A stretch of 64,000 bases of DNA from Mobula hypostoma (taxonomy: Eukaryota): the NCBI RefSeq assembly GCF_963921235.1, contig NC_086097.1:234052001-234116000 (forward strand). Reading direction: 5' to 3'. The notes beneath the pieces were generated by a model. It ran no database searches. It was not told the origin of the DNA and saw only the letters and a program-made list of their open reading frames with translations. The position numbers and the translations under genes are program-made. Position 1 is the stretch's first letter. Every line of letters begins with the position of its first letter. Positions 63,718 through 64,000 of the stretch are shown piece by piece.

Positions 63718-64000
63718 AAATAGAAACACAGAAACATAGAAAACCTACAGCACAATCAGGCCCTTCAGCCCACAATGCTGTGCCAAACATGTACCTACTT
63801 TAGAAATTACCTAGGATTACCCATAGCCCTCTATTTTTCTAAGCACCATGTACCTACCCAGGAGTCTCAAGACCCTATCATATCCACCTCCAACACCGTT
63901 GTCAGCAGCCCATTCCACGCACTCACCACTCTCTGCATAAAACACTTGATTGGTCCTATTTTCTCACATCTTATCCTCTTGCTCTTCACATACCTGTAGA
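63718..64000 (-). mobile_element. CR1 3' end, same subfamily as 2815-3050, running off the window
   Basis: Closely similar to 2815-3045, including the tail AATAGAAACACAGAAACATAGAAAACC. Confidence 0.85.

Overview
Repeat-saturated vertebrate genomic DNA, intronic or intergenic. The mix of CR1 LINEs, V-SINEs, Penelope-like elements (PLEs) and Rex/Babar LINEs suggests a cartilaginous fish (inference). I found no host protein-coding exon, RNA gene or CRISPR array that I can support. All recognisable ORFs are decayed transposon pieces. Main contents: (1) many nested CR1 LINE copies; (2) a full-length but dead Tf1/sushi-type chromoviral Ty3/Gypsy element (23585-28703, 5-bp TSD) with a self-priming PBS; (3) a PLE with ~0.95-kb inverted arms, a 14-bp TSD and intact minimal hammerhead cores (58603-60805); (4) a Hero-like restriction-endonuclease non-LTR fragment (~29060-29700, minus strand) that the ORF track misses, whose 3' UTR holds all hammerhead catalytic elements in a non-circularly permuted order; (5) Tc1/mariner, hAT and Harbinger MITEs and several non-autonomous retroposon families. 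Coordinates were read by eye. Ends marked by a TSD or TIR are close to exact, and others are approximate.
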